Part shown: piece after piece, positions 50,669-61,146 of the stretch
How the letters are laid out: the number at the start of each line of letters is the position of its first letter
How positions within the stretch are numbered: position 1 is the stretch's first letter
Source of the DNA: Verrucomicrobiota bacterium
Lineage (GTDB): Bacteria; Verrucomicrobiota; Verrucomicrobiia; Limisphaerales; AAA164-E04
Assembly (NCBI GenBank): GCA_047947115.1
Contig: CP170459.1
Coordinates: 32,001 to 96,000, forward strand
Direction of reading: 5' to 3'
DNA: 64,000 nt
Made by a program: the position numbers and the translations under genes
The notes under the pieces: model-generated
Told to the model about the DNA's origin: nothing
The model's input: the letters and a program-made list of their open reading frames with translations, nothing else
Databases searched by the model: none

Positions 50669-51016
50669 GGTTGTCACATGTAAAGCCAACCTAATGTGTG
50701 TCATTCCATTTGCAAATCGAATTCAAATGTAAATTTTCCAACCCGAAGATTCTGGCCGTGATGTTGGCCCTTATGCCAAAGGAACGGATCGTATGAGAAT
50801 CGTCCCCACTCTCCTTGCACCCTCCACGCCATGGATTTATTGTTTATTACCATTTCTAAAAACTTAAACTGAAGCGATATTGGTGGGGGTATTTGATACG
50901 ACCGCATCCATCGGTGGAGCAAGGGTTCAGGGCACTAGCTTCTACTGGTGCGTAATGTTCCATTGATTCCGCGTCGCAAACGTTGCATCGTAACAGGACT
51001 GGAGAAGGGGAAGACA

Positions 51017-53728
51017 ATGAATGCAGATCAAATCACTCAAACCGCTTGGCACGCGCTGGAAGAAAGCGAAGTCGCCAATCTTTTGGGGGTCGATTTCCGG
51101 CATGGCCTCAGCCCCAGCGAAGTGAGTGAACGACGCCAAACTTATGGTTCGAACCGCTTAACCGCACGACCGGGAATACCTGAATGGAAACGATTTGCTC
51201 AACAATGGCAGCAACCGTTGATTTATATACTCCTTGCGGCTGCAGCGGTGACGTTCGCACTGCAGGAATATGTGGATTCTTCCGTCATTTTCCTGGTTGT
51301 CCTGATCAACGCGATTGTTGGCTACCTCCAGGAAAGCCGAGCGGAAAAGGCCATTGAAGCGCTGGCTCAGATGACCCCCACCGAGGCGGTTGTCCGTCGC
51401 GACGGACACACTTTCAAGCTCCCCGCTCCGGATTTGGTGCCGGGCGACATCGTGCTTCTTCAAACAGGCGACAAAGTCCCGGCCGATCTCAGATTGTTCC
51501 GATGCAAACACCTGCAGGCGGATGAATCTGCCTTGACCGGGGAATCTCTTCCAACTTCAAAAGGCGCCTCGCTCATGGAGATGAACACTCTGATGGCGGA
51601 TCGAAGCAATATCGCCTACGCAGGAACACTAATCACTCATGGCCAGGCAGAAGGCGTTGTATGGGCTACGGGAGACAAAACCGAAACAGGACGTATCGCC
51701 GGTCTTATTCATGGAGCTGGCAACTTGAGCACGCCGCTCACGCGAAAGATTCAACAGTTCAGCAAGGTGTTGCTTGTCGCGATTTTAATACTCGCTACCT
51801 TGACATTTGCCGTTGGACTCTCAAGAGGAGAAAACGCGGTCGAAATGTTCATAGCAGCTGTGGCGCTGGCCGTTGGAGCCATTCCGGAGGGCCTACCGGC
51901 TGCCGTCACCATCACCCTCGCCATCGGAGTCAATCGCATGGCCAAACGCCGCGCCATCATACGGAAATTACCCGCTGTTGAAACCCTGGGAAGCACAACA
52001 GTGGTGTGTTCGGACAAGACGGGAACCTTGACGGAAAACCAAATGACGGTGAAGGCGATCTTTGCCGGAGACAACTTGTTCAACCTCACCGGAACAGGAT
52101 ATAATCCGGAGGGAAACATCCTTTTGGGGCAACACGCCGCTGACCTGAAAGCCCACCACGCCCTACATGAATGCTTGCTTGCCGGTTTGTTGTGTAATGA
52201 TTCCCAAATCCTGGTGGAAGATGGCAACTGGAAGATTCAGGGAGACCCGACCGAAGCTTCCCTGATCGTGGCAGCCGCCAAGGCCGGAATTAGTGAATCC
52301 GAATGGACTCTCGTCTACCAGCGCATCGACTCCATCCCATTCGAATCCGAGCAGCAGTACATGGCCACCCTCCACACTCATCAAGCTCCCGGTCGACGTA
52401 TTATCTTCAAAAAGGGCGCCATCGAACGCCTCATTGACCGTTGCCAGGACATGCTCAGCGATGACGGAGAGACACGTGATCTGGATATCAAAAAAATATG
52501 CGAAACAGCAGAAGGAATGGCCAGCAAAGGTATGCGCGTGCTGGCCATCACCCGACGTTTCACACACGGAAACCACGCCGAACTGAATCATGAACATGTG
52601 AAGGAGGGACTGACTTTCATCGGTCTGGTCGGTATGATTGATCCACCGAGAAAGGAAGCCATCGCATCTGTAGCAAAATGTCAATCAGCTGGCGTGCAGG
52701 TGAAAATGATTACCGGCGATCACATCATCACGGCAAAAGCCATCGCCAATGAACTAGGTCTGCGTTCGCCCGATGGCGGAGAATTGATGGCGGTGACCGG
52801 CGGTGAACTGGCAGAGACATCCGACCTGGACCTGCCGGAACTCGTCAAAAAGGCAAGCGTCTTCGCACGAGTCGCTCCGGAACAAAAACTAAAACTTGTG
52901 CGCACGCTGCAGGACATGGGCCACGTGGTTGCTATGACCGGAGATGGAGTCAATGATGCCCCCGCCCTTAAACAGGCTGACATAGGCATCGCGATGGGAA
53001 TAACGGGTACGGAAGTCGCCAAGGGAGCGGCGGACATGCTTCTGACAAACGACAATTTTTCGTCCATCGAAGCGGCGATTGAGGAAGGACGAGGTGTGTT
53101 TGACAACCTGACCAAGTTCATCGTCTGGACCTTACCCACGAATGCCGGCGAGGGCCTGATCATATTGACCGCCATTTTGCTTGGAACCGCACTACCTGTT
53201 CTTCCGCTACATATCCTTTGGATCAACATGTCCACCGCAATCTTGTTGGGACTGATGCTGGTTTTTGAACCCAAGGAATCTAATCTGATGCAGCGTAACC
53301 CCAGAGATCCGAAGAAACCCATCCTGACAAGCACCATGTTTCTCCGCATCTCAATGGTCACCTGTATCATGCTTACCGGTGCATTTGGATTGTTCTTGCT
53401 GGAAAGAAAAATGTGGGGCACCGATTTGGCCGAGGCGCGCACGATTGCGATGAACGTGATCGTCATGGTGGAAGCGGCATTCCTCCTCAATTGCCGATCC
53501 CTCACCCACTCCCTTTTTAAAGTGGGAACGTTCACGAACAAATGGATTTATATGGGCATGGGCACCATGTTGCTGGCACAACTCGCCATCACCTATCTCC
53601 CCTGGGCGAACAGCATCCTTCAGACTGCACCTCTGGGATTCGGATCCTGGGTGAGAATCCTTGGCATCGGGGTATTGACATTTTTAATCGTTGAGACAGA
53701 AAAATGGATACGGATGCGCTTGGACTGA
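51017..53728 (+). CDS. P-type II cation-transporting ATPase (Ca2+-type, PacL/CtpF-like)
   Basis: LTGES, IPEGLP, DKTGTLT, KGA, MITGD, GDGVNDAPAL; RBS before ATG 51017. Confidence 0.95.
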   Translation: MNADQITQTAWHALEESEVANLLGVDFRHGLSPSEVSERRQTYGSNRLTARPGIPEWKRFAQQWQQPLIYILLAAAAVTFALQEYVDSSVIFLVVLINAIVGYLQESRAEKAIEALAQMTPTEAVVRRDGHTFKLPAPDLVPGDIVLLQTGDKVPADLRLFRCKHLQADESALTGESLPTSKGASLMEMNTLMADRSNIAYAGTLITHGQAEGVVWATGDKTETGRIAGLIHGAGNLSTPLTRKIQQFSKVLLVAILILATLTFAVGLSRGENAVEMFIAAVALAVGAIPEGLPAAVTITLAIGVNRMAKRRAIIRKLPAVETLGSTTVVCSDKTGTLTENQMTVKAIFAGDNLFNLTGTGYNPEGNILLGQHAADLKAHHALHECLLAGLLCNDSQILVEDGNWKIQGDPTEASLIVAAAKAGISESEWTLVYQRIDSIPFESEQQYMATLHTHQAPGRRIIFKKGAIERLIDRCQDMLSDDGETRDLDIKKICETAEGMASKGMRVLAITRRFTHGNHAELNHEHVKEGLTFIGLVGMIDPPRKEAIASVAKCQSAGVQVKMITGDHIITAKAIANELGLRSPDGGELMAVTGGELAETSDLDLPELVKKASVFARVAPEQKLKLVRTLQDMGHVVAMTGDGVNDAPALKQADIGIAMGITGTEVAKGAADMLLTNDNFSSIEAAIEEGRGVFDNLTKFIVWTLPTNAGEGLIILTAILLGTALPVLPLHILWINMSTAILLGLMLVFEPKESNLMQRNPRDPKKPILTSTMFLRISMVTCIMLTGAFGLFLLERKMWGTDLAEARTIAMNVIVMVEAAFLLNCRSLTHSLFKVGTFTNKWIYMGMGTMLLAQLAITYLPWANSILQTAPLGFGSWVRILGIGVLTFLIVETEKWIRMRLD

Positions 53729-53856
53729 CATCCAGCATGCCGCTCTACATCCTCAGCGCAGGTGCCAAGGCAGACCCAATTGGAAAACTTAAATCGCTGG
53801 GGTGCAAGTGACTCTTTGATCAGCCCCCTTGATGTATTTTTGTCGTTCTTAATGTT

Positions 53857-55524
53857 TCAAATTTGTTGATTGGACGTCGATTGTTTCCTGGCCCCAAGCC
53901 AACCTTCTACCTTAGCATGCAAAGCAGGCAACAACACAAGGGTCAAAAAAGTCGATGATAAGATGCCAACGATGACCACAGTGGCAAGAGGCTTTTGAAC
54001 TTCAGCACCGGAACCGGTTGCAACCGCCATCGGAACAAATCCAAGGCCGGCCACCATGGCGGTCATGAAAACCGGAGGCAGACGTTGCATGGCTCCGGTT
54101 TCCACCGACCTGAGCACCGATTCGCCATCACGACGCGATTCATTGAAACAATTGAACAAAACCAGCACATTGAGCACCGCAACACCACTGAGCGCAATGA
54201 ACCCAACTCCAGCTGAAATGCTGAAGAGAATCCCCCTCACCCAAAGCGCCAACACACCTCCGGTCACCGCCAGGGGTATACCGGTGTAAACCAAAACAGA
54301 GTGCGCCAAACTCCCCAATGCGGCATAAACGAGAACAAAGATAAGCACCAAGGCGAGCAGCGTGCCAAACATCAACCCTGCACGAGTTTGACGCAAGTTC
54401 TCAAATTGCCCGCCAAACTCAATTCGAATTCCTTCAGGCAATACAACAGCCTCATTCACGTAACTTTCAACGTCCTGTTTGGCAATGTTGACCATGATGG
54501 CAACACGACGTTATCCTGACGCTCGGGAAATGGCATCCACTTCGTCTTTACGAAACGGATTCACAAGTTGTTCAAGTCGAACCAAACCTCCATCATGGGT
54601 TCTCACCGGCAAGTTGAGCAGTATTTCCAATTGTTCACGATCCTTGTCCGACAAACGAAGCACAAGGTCTCGTCTTCGATTGCCATCAATCATGATACCT
54701 GTGGTCTGTCCGGCCATCGCACATCGAATGGTTTCGTTGACATCATCCATGTGCACGTTCCACCGGGCTGCTGCCGCGCGGTCCAGAACAAATTCCAGGA
54801 CGGGGGTTCGGCCTTGTGTTTCAAATTCAGCTTCGGCTGTTCCGGGCAAGGATTCTAGAATCTCCTTGATCTGCTCCGCGACGGATTCCATCTGATCGAT
54901 ATCCTCTCCAAATACTTTGACGGCAATATCCGACCGAATCCCTTCCAACATCTCATTGAATCGCATCTCGATCGGCTGTGCGAAGAAATAGGTTTGTTCG
55001 GGCACCTCCTCACTCAATTCATTCGATATCAACTCAACCAATCTCTCCTTGGTGATGGTCTTCCCGTTTTCTTTTCTCCATTCGCTTTGTGGTTTGTAGA
55101 AAATGTAGAGATCATATTCGCCGGGCGACATCGGATCGGTGGCCACTTCTGATGTGCCAATCCTGGAAAAGGTACGGGTGACCTCGGGGATCTTTGTGGT
55201 CAGGTATGCTTCCGTCCTTCTGGCTCGTTTCAATGATGTTTTCAAACTGGTACTGGCTGGTTGATAAACCATGGCAGTGAACGAGCCTTCATCAAGAGTC
55301 GGAACAAACTCGGCTCCCAAACTCATCAAATTCCCCGAAATCCCATAGTGCACCATCCCGGTTATCGCAAAGAGAAAGGATAATGGAATGGCAGCCGCAA
55401 CAATCAGAGCAGCCTTCCAATTGCCCAATAGAGTTAGAAGTACAACGATCACAAGAATCGCTCCATCACGCCACATTTTCATGGATGGCATGCGCAACGA
55501 ATATGTCTGCAATGCGTTCATCAA
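53857..55524 (-). pseudogene. czcA: CzcA/CusA heavy-metal RND efflux pseudogene with internal deletions and a nonsense codon
   Basis: GAILVIVVL..LGN, NLMSLGA joined directly to EFVPTLDEG, QPIEMRFNE, SISAGVGFIALSGVAVLN, GAEVQKPLATVV; in-frame stop at 54511-54513. Confidence 0.88.
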
Positions 55525-56015
55525 ATCCGCCGCACTTCTCGTCGAGTCATTTCCAGAGATGCCTGAGCCTGTTTCAGGCGAATGCGCTCGATTTCTGTTC
55601 TGGAACTTCGATTATTCCAAAGAGGCACCTTGATCGACAATCCCAACTCGGCCATGTCAATGTCCCGATTCGCAATGGCCCGTTTTAATTGCAACCTTTT
55701 GGAAAATTCAATGGGCTTTAGCAAACTCAAAGACCAGGCCAGCCCGTCTGATTTCGTAATAGCCAAATCATCAACCATCCACTGCCCGACCTGGGCACTG
55801 AGATTGGGGTTCTGCAAGCGTCCTGCCGTTTTGGAGCCTTGTTTGGCAGCTTCTGTTTCCTGTTCATAATATTGCAATTAAGGATTGGAAGGAAAAACAG
55901 CGGCTTCCAATGCTTCCAGTGTGAATAATCGAACAGATTTTTCCTGTTCTTGTGCGAATAAATATTGTGTCAGCACAGCAGACACAATAGAGAGACAAAC
56001 TACTTTTTTGTACAT
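55521..56015 (-). pseudogene. CzcC/TolC-family outer membrane factor remnant
   Basis: Signal peptide MYKKVVCLS, NP*LQYYEQE (in-frame stop 55878-55880), AGRLQNP, GLSIKVPLWNN; much shorter than a full OMF. Confidence 0.75.
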
Positions 56016-56282
56016 TTTAATGGTTTGGCGGAGTTCCCAGCCCAAGGTTGAAAATACGCATTTAGAAGTGATTACCCGATTTCGTGTGCCTGTCTGTTGC
56101 TGCGTATGAATCGATTCGCAGGTGAAACCACCCAATGGAGTCTAAACGGGGATGAAGCGCTCCGAAAAGAAACCGCGAAACCTCAGGGAATACACAAAGG
56201 GATACTTCAGGATACCATCCTTCAAATGCTGCAATTTTTATTGGACAAAAAAGAGCACCTGTAACGTCCTATTATAAACCGA

Positions 56283-56813
56283 ATGGATGTATCGCAACAA
56301 ATTGCCAGGTGTTATGACACACATGCTCGTGCGCTGTATGCGCATGCGTTGGTGATGACGTCCGATCCGGCTGACGCGGAGGAGGTACTGCAGAACGTAT
56401 TTGCTGGGCTGATCAGGAGACCTGAGGCACTCCAATCCGCTCGCGACGATAAGGCAGTACTCATGAAATGGGTACACGACGCCGCCGTGGACCTGATCCG
56501 CAGCAATGCCCGCCGCCGCGATCGAAATGAAATCTGGCAGGCAAACACCGTTTCCCCCTTTGCAAAAACAGAAGATCCCGACAAAGACGCTTACGCACAA
56601 GCCGTCTGGGAAGCCTTGAATCAATTGCCCGAAGAACAACGATCCGTCGTTCATTTACGCCTGTGGGAAGGCTATACATTCGAGACGATCGCCTCGACCC
56701 TCAACATATCCATCAACACCGCCGGCAGTCGATTTCGCTACGGAATAGACAAAATGCGCGAACGACTGCGGCCTCTATATGAAGAACTGAAGGACTATCA
56801 TGGATGCCTTTGA
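56283..56813 (+). CDS. ECF sigma-70 family sigma factor
   Basis: DAEEVLQNVF region 2; LPEEQRSVVHLR..YTFETIA..ISINTAGSRFRY region 4. Confidence 0.92.
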   Translation: MDVSQQIARCYDTHARALYAHALVMTSDPADAEEVLQNVFAGLIRRPEALQSARDDKAVLMKWVHDAAVDLIRSNARRRDRNEIWQANTVSPFAKTEDPDKDAYAQAVWEALNQLPEEQRSVVHLRLWEGYTFETIASTLNISINTAGSRFRYGIDKMRERLRPLYEELKDYHGCL

Positions 56814-57282
56814 AAAGCACTTAAGCGAACTCAAGTTTCAGGAACCATCCGGCGACCTAAGAGAGAAATGCCTGGCTGATCTGAGGAGGATATCTGACGC
56901 CCCTGAAAGCCAAGGGAATGAAATGGCACTTGGTTTCTGGTCGACCTGGCTCTGGCCGCACCCGAAGGTCTGGGGTGGACTCGCGGCTGTATGGTTCGTG
57001 TGTTTCGGTTTGAATCAGTGGACATTGTCTTTACCGAATTACACTCGAAGCACCATCGCATCCAGTCCGATCAATCCTGACATTCAAAAAATCACCGTCC
57101 TGCACTACTCCCTCGCACTGGATGCGGACAACTTGGACAACATCCTGGAACCACAAACACCACCCGCTGAAGTCCCAGAAGACGAAATTCGCCCGAACGC
57201 GTTCCTACAACGCTACCGCTATCTGGAGTGCGTGTGGCTTGACACCGCTCTGGATACGATCCGACAACGTGATTGCGTATAA
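56800..57282 (+). CDS. Putative single-TM anti-sigma factor
   Basis: Overlaps the sigma stop; MDAFEKHL N-terminus, WLWPHPKVWGGLAAVW TM segment; 3' end runs through a REP. Confidence 0.65.
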   Translation: MDAFEKHLSELKFQEPSGDLREKCLADLRRISDAPESQGNEMALGFWSTWLWPHPKVWGGLAAVWFVCFGLNQWTLSLPNYTRSTIASSPINPDIQKITVLHYSLALDADNLDNILEPQTPPAEVPEDEIRPNAFLQRYRYLECVWLDTALDTIRQRDCV

Positions 57283-57417
57283 TTACCTGCTGGCATCTTT
57301 TCTCAGAATGAAGTTGTTGTTTGGACGTTGGGGTGAGGCTGGCTATTTAAAAAAAACTTTGAACACCCATTGCCGCAAAAATCGTATCCAGAGCGGTGCT
57401 GTAAACCGCACTCCAGA
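57222..57417. repeat. REPIN/MITE-like inverted REP doublet (196 bp)
   Basis: Reverse complement of 57222-57260 = ATCGTATCCAGAGCGGTG..CGCACTCCAGA, matching 57381-57417. Confidence 0.8.
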
Positions 57418-57486
57418 GTGCCCCATGGCTCTTGTGGAGACAGAAATAAATATCACGCTCCAAACCTAATCCTTCACCAAACTGTT

Positions 57487-59250
57487 ATGACAGAATCTCA
57501 AAAGAAAAAATCCATCTTAACCCGCCCCATCAGGTGGCCCTGGCCACTCAATAGGATTTTCGGCTTTCTCTTTTCGAAAAAAATGGTGCGCCTGTATCTT
57601 TTCTCGGCGGCGTGCCTGATCACCTTGATCATCGCCTTTTACACAGTCGAAAACATCCGGGCAAAAATAGCCTGGTCCAAACACGTGAAGGAGTTGAAAG
57701 CCAAAGGCATTTCTGTGGACTTCAAGGACTACATTCCCCCTGAAATTCCGGACGATGAAAACCTGGCAAAGATTCCAATGTTTACTGCCTTGGAATATGA
57801 ACGCAAACCTGTGGTCAAACAAAGATATCCTTGGGATCCGGGCGATATAAAGTGGAAAGATGAATCATTCGGAATTCTGCCTTCCCTTTCCGTTTATTTT
57901 AGAAAGGTCAGAAACTACGACATACTGGATGATAAAGGAGACATTCAGGAAGTAGTCCAGCGGTACGGAACAAGACTCACTTACGGTACTGATGAGGCAT
58001 ATGGAAATTGGATCGAAGGTAAATCCTTTGATTTTCCAGTTTTCCAAATCTATTACCGTGGAACCAATGCAGTCGATATAGATCTCAGCTATTCCCCCCA
58101 CAAAGCACTCCTGCAGGATCCGGAAATGATAAACGTTTGGGAAAGAAAAGATACGGTATTTCCCTTTCCTAAGGTCCCCGGCTCTCCCGCAATAGACGTT
58201 GAATACGCGCTTAAGAAATTTGATCCTATTTGGTTGGAACTGATCCAAGCATCCAATCAGCGCCCTGAGTTGCGCTTCCCTTTAGAGTACGAAGAGCTTT
58301 ATGGCTGCTTACTCCCGCACTTATCGTACATCAAGAGCGTTCACCAGTATGGCAAATTGAGAGCATCCGCGGAATTGCACGCAGGTCACCACCAGGAAGG
58401 AACAGATTCGATCTGCTTAATGCTTCAACTGGTTGATAAGCTGGAATCCGAAGCATTTCTGATCTCTTATCTTGTCCGAATTGCCGACCTACAGCTGACG
58501 ATCCACCCGTTGTGGGAAGGAATCACTCATCACCTCTTCGATGAAAATGATCTTCAAAAGATATTTGGTCAACTCGCCGACATGACTTTTATTCCGCAGC
58601 TCAAACATGCATACGGTATGGAGAGAGCGGTCCACGTAGCCGAGATTGAACGTGTATCCAAACACAGATCTTACTTCGAACGTGTATCCAATTCGACAGG
58701 AAAGGATGATACAAACTGGCTTGGGCCATGGACGTTCGAAACTTACATCCACTTGGCGCCAAAAGGTTGGATCACGCGAAACGTCCTTTCATTTTCCAAT
58801 AATCTGGCAAAACTGGAAGAAGCATTGAAGAGTTGGGAAGCAGGAAACACAAAGGCCTATGAACAATTCAAACAATCCTATGAAAGATCCTTAACGGAAC
58901 CCGTAACTGTCTATAATGCTTTACGAAAACATTTAGCATTCAGCCATATCAATTCCCTAACCAAAGCCCTCCGTGCCGAAGCGACCGTCATCATCGCCAA
59001 AACGGCGGTTGCCCTCGAGCGTTATTATTTGAACCAATCCGCTTACCCCGAATCCTTATCAGAACTCGTCCCGCATTTTCTGCCTGAAGTCCCCATCGAT
59101 CCCATTGATCTACAGCCGCTGCATTATCAGAAAAGGCCAAACCACCAATTCATACTTTACTCCATCGGAGCCAATGAAAAGGATGACGAAGGCGAAATTC
59201 ACAAAGATAACAACAGGGGAGACTGGGTCTGGCGTTGGCCAGTTGAATAA
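57487..59250 (+). CDS. Membrane-anchored protein with a pseudopilin/GspG-like C-terminal segment
   Basis: One N-terminal TM; C-terminal ALERYY..YPESLSELVP..P.DP...LYSIGANEKDDEG. Confidence 0.7.
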   Translation: MTESQKKKSILTRPIRWPWPLNRIFGFLFSKKMVRLYLFSAACLITLIIAFYTVENIRAKIAWSKHVKELKAKGISVDFKDYIPPEIPDDENLAKIPMFTALEYERKPVVKQRYPWDPGDIKWKDESFGILPSLSVYFRKVRNYDILDDKGDIQEVVQRYGTRLTYGTDEAYGNWIEGKSFDFPVFQIYYRGTNAVDIDLSYSPHKALLQDPEMINVWERKDTVFPFPKVPGSPAIDVEYALKKFDPIWLELIQASNQRPELRFPLEYEELYGCLLPHLSYIKSVHQYGKLRASAELHAGHHQEGTDSICLMLQLVDKLESEAFLISYLVRIADLQLTIHPLWEGITHHLFDENDLQKIFGQLADMTFIPQLKHAYGMERAVHVAEIERVSKHRSYFERVSNSTGKDDTNWLGPWTFETYIHLAPKGWITRNVLSFSNNLAKLEEALKSWEAGNTKAYEQFKQSYERSLTEPVTVYNALRKHLAFSHINSLTKALRAEATVIIAKTAVALERYYLNQSAYPESLSELVPHFLPEVPIDPIDLQPLHYQKRPNHQFILYSIGANEKDDEGEIHKDNNRGDWVWRWPVE

Positions 59251-59328
59251 GCGATATAAGAAACTTTGCGCCCTTTGCGACTTCAGCGCAGCGGACGTGA
59301 TATAAATCAATTCGCAGGATTGGTTCGT

Positions 59329-60414
59329 TTACGGTTTGCCACCGTTTCGCATCCCCTTGTAAACCGTCACCCCCAATGTCAAAACGGTCAGCGGAAGGAC
59401 AAAAATCCCCATCACCCACTCCAGCGTACGGAGGTGTTGGCTCCCCTTGGCTTCGAGGATCAAAAAGACGATGTAGACCACGAAGTAGAACAAGAACAAT
59501 CCTCCTTCGGCTCTCGATATTTCCCTGCCGGTGAAAAAAATCGGCAGGCAGGCAAGCGCCACGGCAATCATCACCAGCATGTCAAACTTGATTGCGTCCT
59601 CTGGAACCGGAACTCCACCGGGCGCAATGCTTGCCGTCAAGCCAAGCACACAAAGCAAATTAAACAAATTGCTCCCGACGATGTTTCCAACCGCCAGATC
59701 GCGTTCATTATTCCGGATCGCCATCAGGGACGTCACGATTTCGGGAAGAGAGGTCCCAACTGCGACCACCGTCAAACCAATAATGAGTTCCTGGACCCCA
59801 AATGCCTCAGCGATGGAAACCGCACCGGATATCATCCACTTGGCTCCCATCACCAACAAACACAATCCCGAACCAACAAAAAACAGATGCAATAACACTG
59901 AAGTAAATAGTCGCTCTTTAGTTTGAGGAGATGATTCGCCTCTGTGACGAATGGCATTCATTTCACTACGTCCGTGTTTTAATTTCCACAGCGTGTATGT
60001 GACGAGCGCCAAAAACAAGAAGAAGCCATCCCATCTTCCCAAACGCCCATCCAATGCCAAGAGCCAGGTCGCGACCGAAGCACCGACCATGACCGGCACA
60101 TCAAAACGAACCAGACGCTTGGAAGCGGCCAATGGCACCAGAGAAGCGGAAATCCCCAGAACCAATAGGATGTTGCAAATATTGCTCCCGACAACATTCC
60201 CCACCGAAATCCCAGGATTCCCTGCCGAAACAGATCGATATGTCACCGCAAACTCAGGCGCACTTGTTCCAAAGGCAACCACGGTCAAACCAATCACCAT
60301 GGGCGAAAGCCGGACAATGCGCGCCAATCCGACAGAACCCCGCACCAGCAGTTCTCCCCCGCCAGCCAGTCCCACCAATCCAATGCAGATAAGTAATATG
60401 GATGACACACTCAT
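59329..60414 (-). CDS. Ca2+/Na+ antiporter (CaCA, YrbG-like)
   Basis: Alpha repeats GTSAPE and GTSLPE; GNVVGSN and GNIVGSN. Confidence 0.92.
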   Translation of the reverse strand: MSVSSILLICIGLVGLAGGGELLVRGSVGLARIVRLSPMVIGLTVVAFGTSAPEFAVTYRSVSAGNPGISVGNVVGSNICNILLVLGISASLVPLAASKRLVRFDVPVMVGASVATWLLALDGRLGRWDGFFLFLALVTYTLWKLKHGRSEMNAIRHRGESSPQTKERLFTSVLLHLFFVGSGLCLLVMGAKWMISGAVSIAEAFGVQELIIGLTVVAVGTSLPEIVTSLMAIRNNERDLAVGNIVGSNLFNLLCVLGLTASIAPGGVPVPEDAIKFDMLVMIAVALACLPIFFTGREISRAEGGLFLFYFVVYIVFLILEAKGSQHLRTLEWVMGIFVLPLTVLTLGVTVYKGMRNGGKP

Positions 60415-60480
60415 TTGACCTTGCGACCCCTCATCGCGTGCTAAAACATGCCACCGTTTTGGAATTTAGAATAGTAAATT

Positions 60481-60572
60481 AAAAGGTAAAGCGTGTCGTC
60501 TCGGCGCGCAATCCTTGTGGCCCAAATACCCTGCATATCAACTTCCAATGGAAAACCCCACAGTATCCCAAA
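60481..60572. repeat. Dispersed repeat, copy 2 (see 22667-22780)
   Basis: GGTAAA + hairpin GCGTGTCG-TCT-CGGCGCGC; shared 17-mer. Confidence 0.65.
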
Positions 60573-60654
60573 CCCCACATTCGTATCGTTGTCGCTCAAG
60601 AACAGCGCCAATGTTGTTGCAGCAGAACTTTGAAAGTCACGTCCCCTGATGGTC

Positions 60655-61080
60655 AGGAAGGATTTTGGTCTTCTATGATCGACCAGATTTTCTTCAACGT
60701 TTCTTCGGCGATCAGAATTTCTTCGGCGCCAACTCCTGTTTCACTCGTGGAAAATTGATCATGGGCATAGAAAGCTTTTTGGATTTGGAAGTTTCGGAAG
60801 ATTGAATCAGGATAACCGGCGTCTTTGATGAAGAAGAATCGACCGTGTTAACCTTCGGTTTCATACCTTCCAGTCCTCCTTGGATGGCTTCCCTGATCTC
60901 ATGGAGTTCATCCCCCACTCCGGACAACCGCCTGCCCACAGGACCAAACTGATTATTGTTGTCCTGACCACCGAACAACAGATGATAAATGTCAGCTCGG
61001 TTGGCAAGCATATCTGGGATGGAAAATCGATGTCCGCTGTCGGTATATGGATTCCCGGCCATAACGACCGCCACCCGCCA
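60655..61080 (-). pseudogene. Remnant of a large AAA ATPase (DNA-repair-ATPase/DUF3686-like)
   Basis: VVMAGNPYTDSG.RFSIPDMLANRADIY motif joined to C-terminal-like sequence, with an apparent frameshifted tail. Confidence 0.6.
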
Positions 61081-61146
61081 GCCACCCAGCAATATTCGGC
61101 ATCCCGCCCTTGACATGCGGCTGGGTTCAGGGGAGCGTTGGGTTTT

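Noticed and set aside
47727..56015. Stop-codon reassignment explaining the in-frame TAA codons
   Set aside because: TAA terminates many intact genes here (e.g. 16605, 22659, 42533, 49112), and the czc genes also carry large deletions
56240..56272. Autoregulatory ECF promoter (GGAC...CGTC)
   Set aside because: Spacing and consensus are too loose to support without the ECF group motif
57370..57486. N-terminal extension of the 626-aa ORF
   Set aside because: Runs through a REP copy; ATG 57487 is the more plausible start
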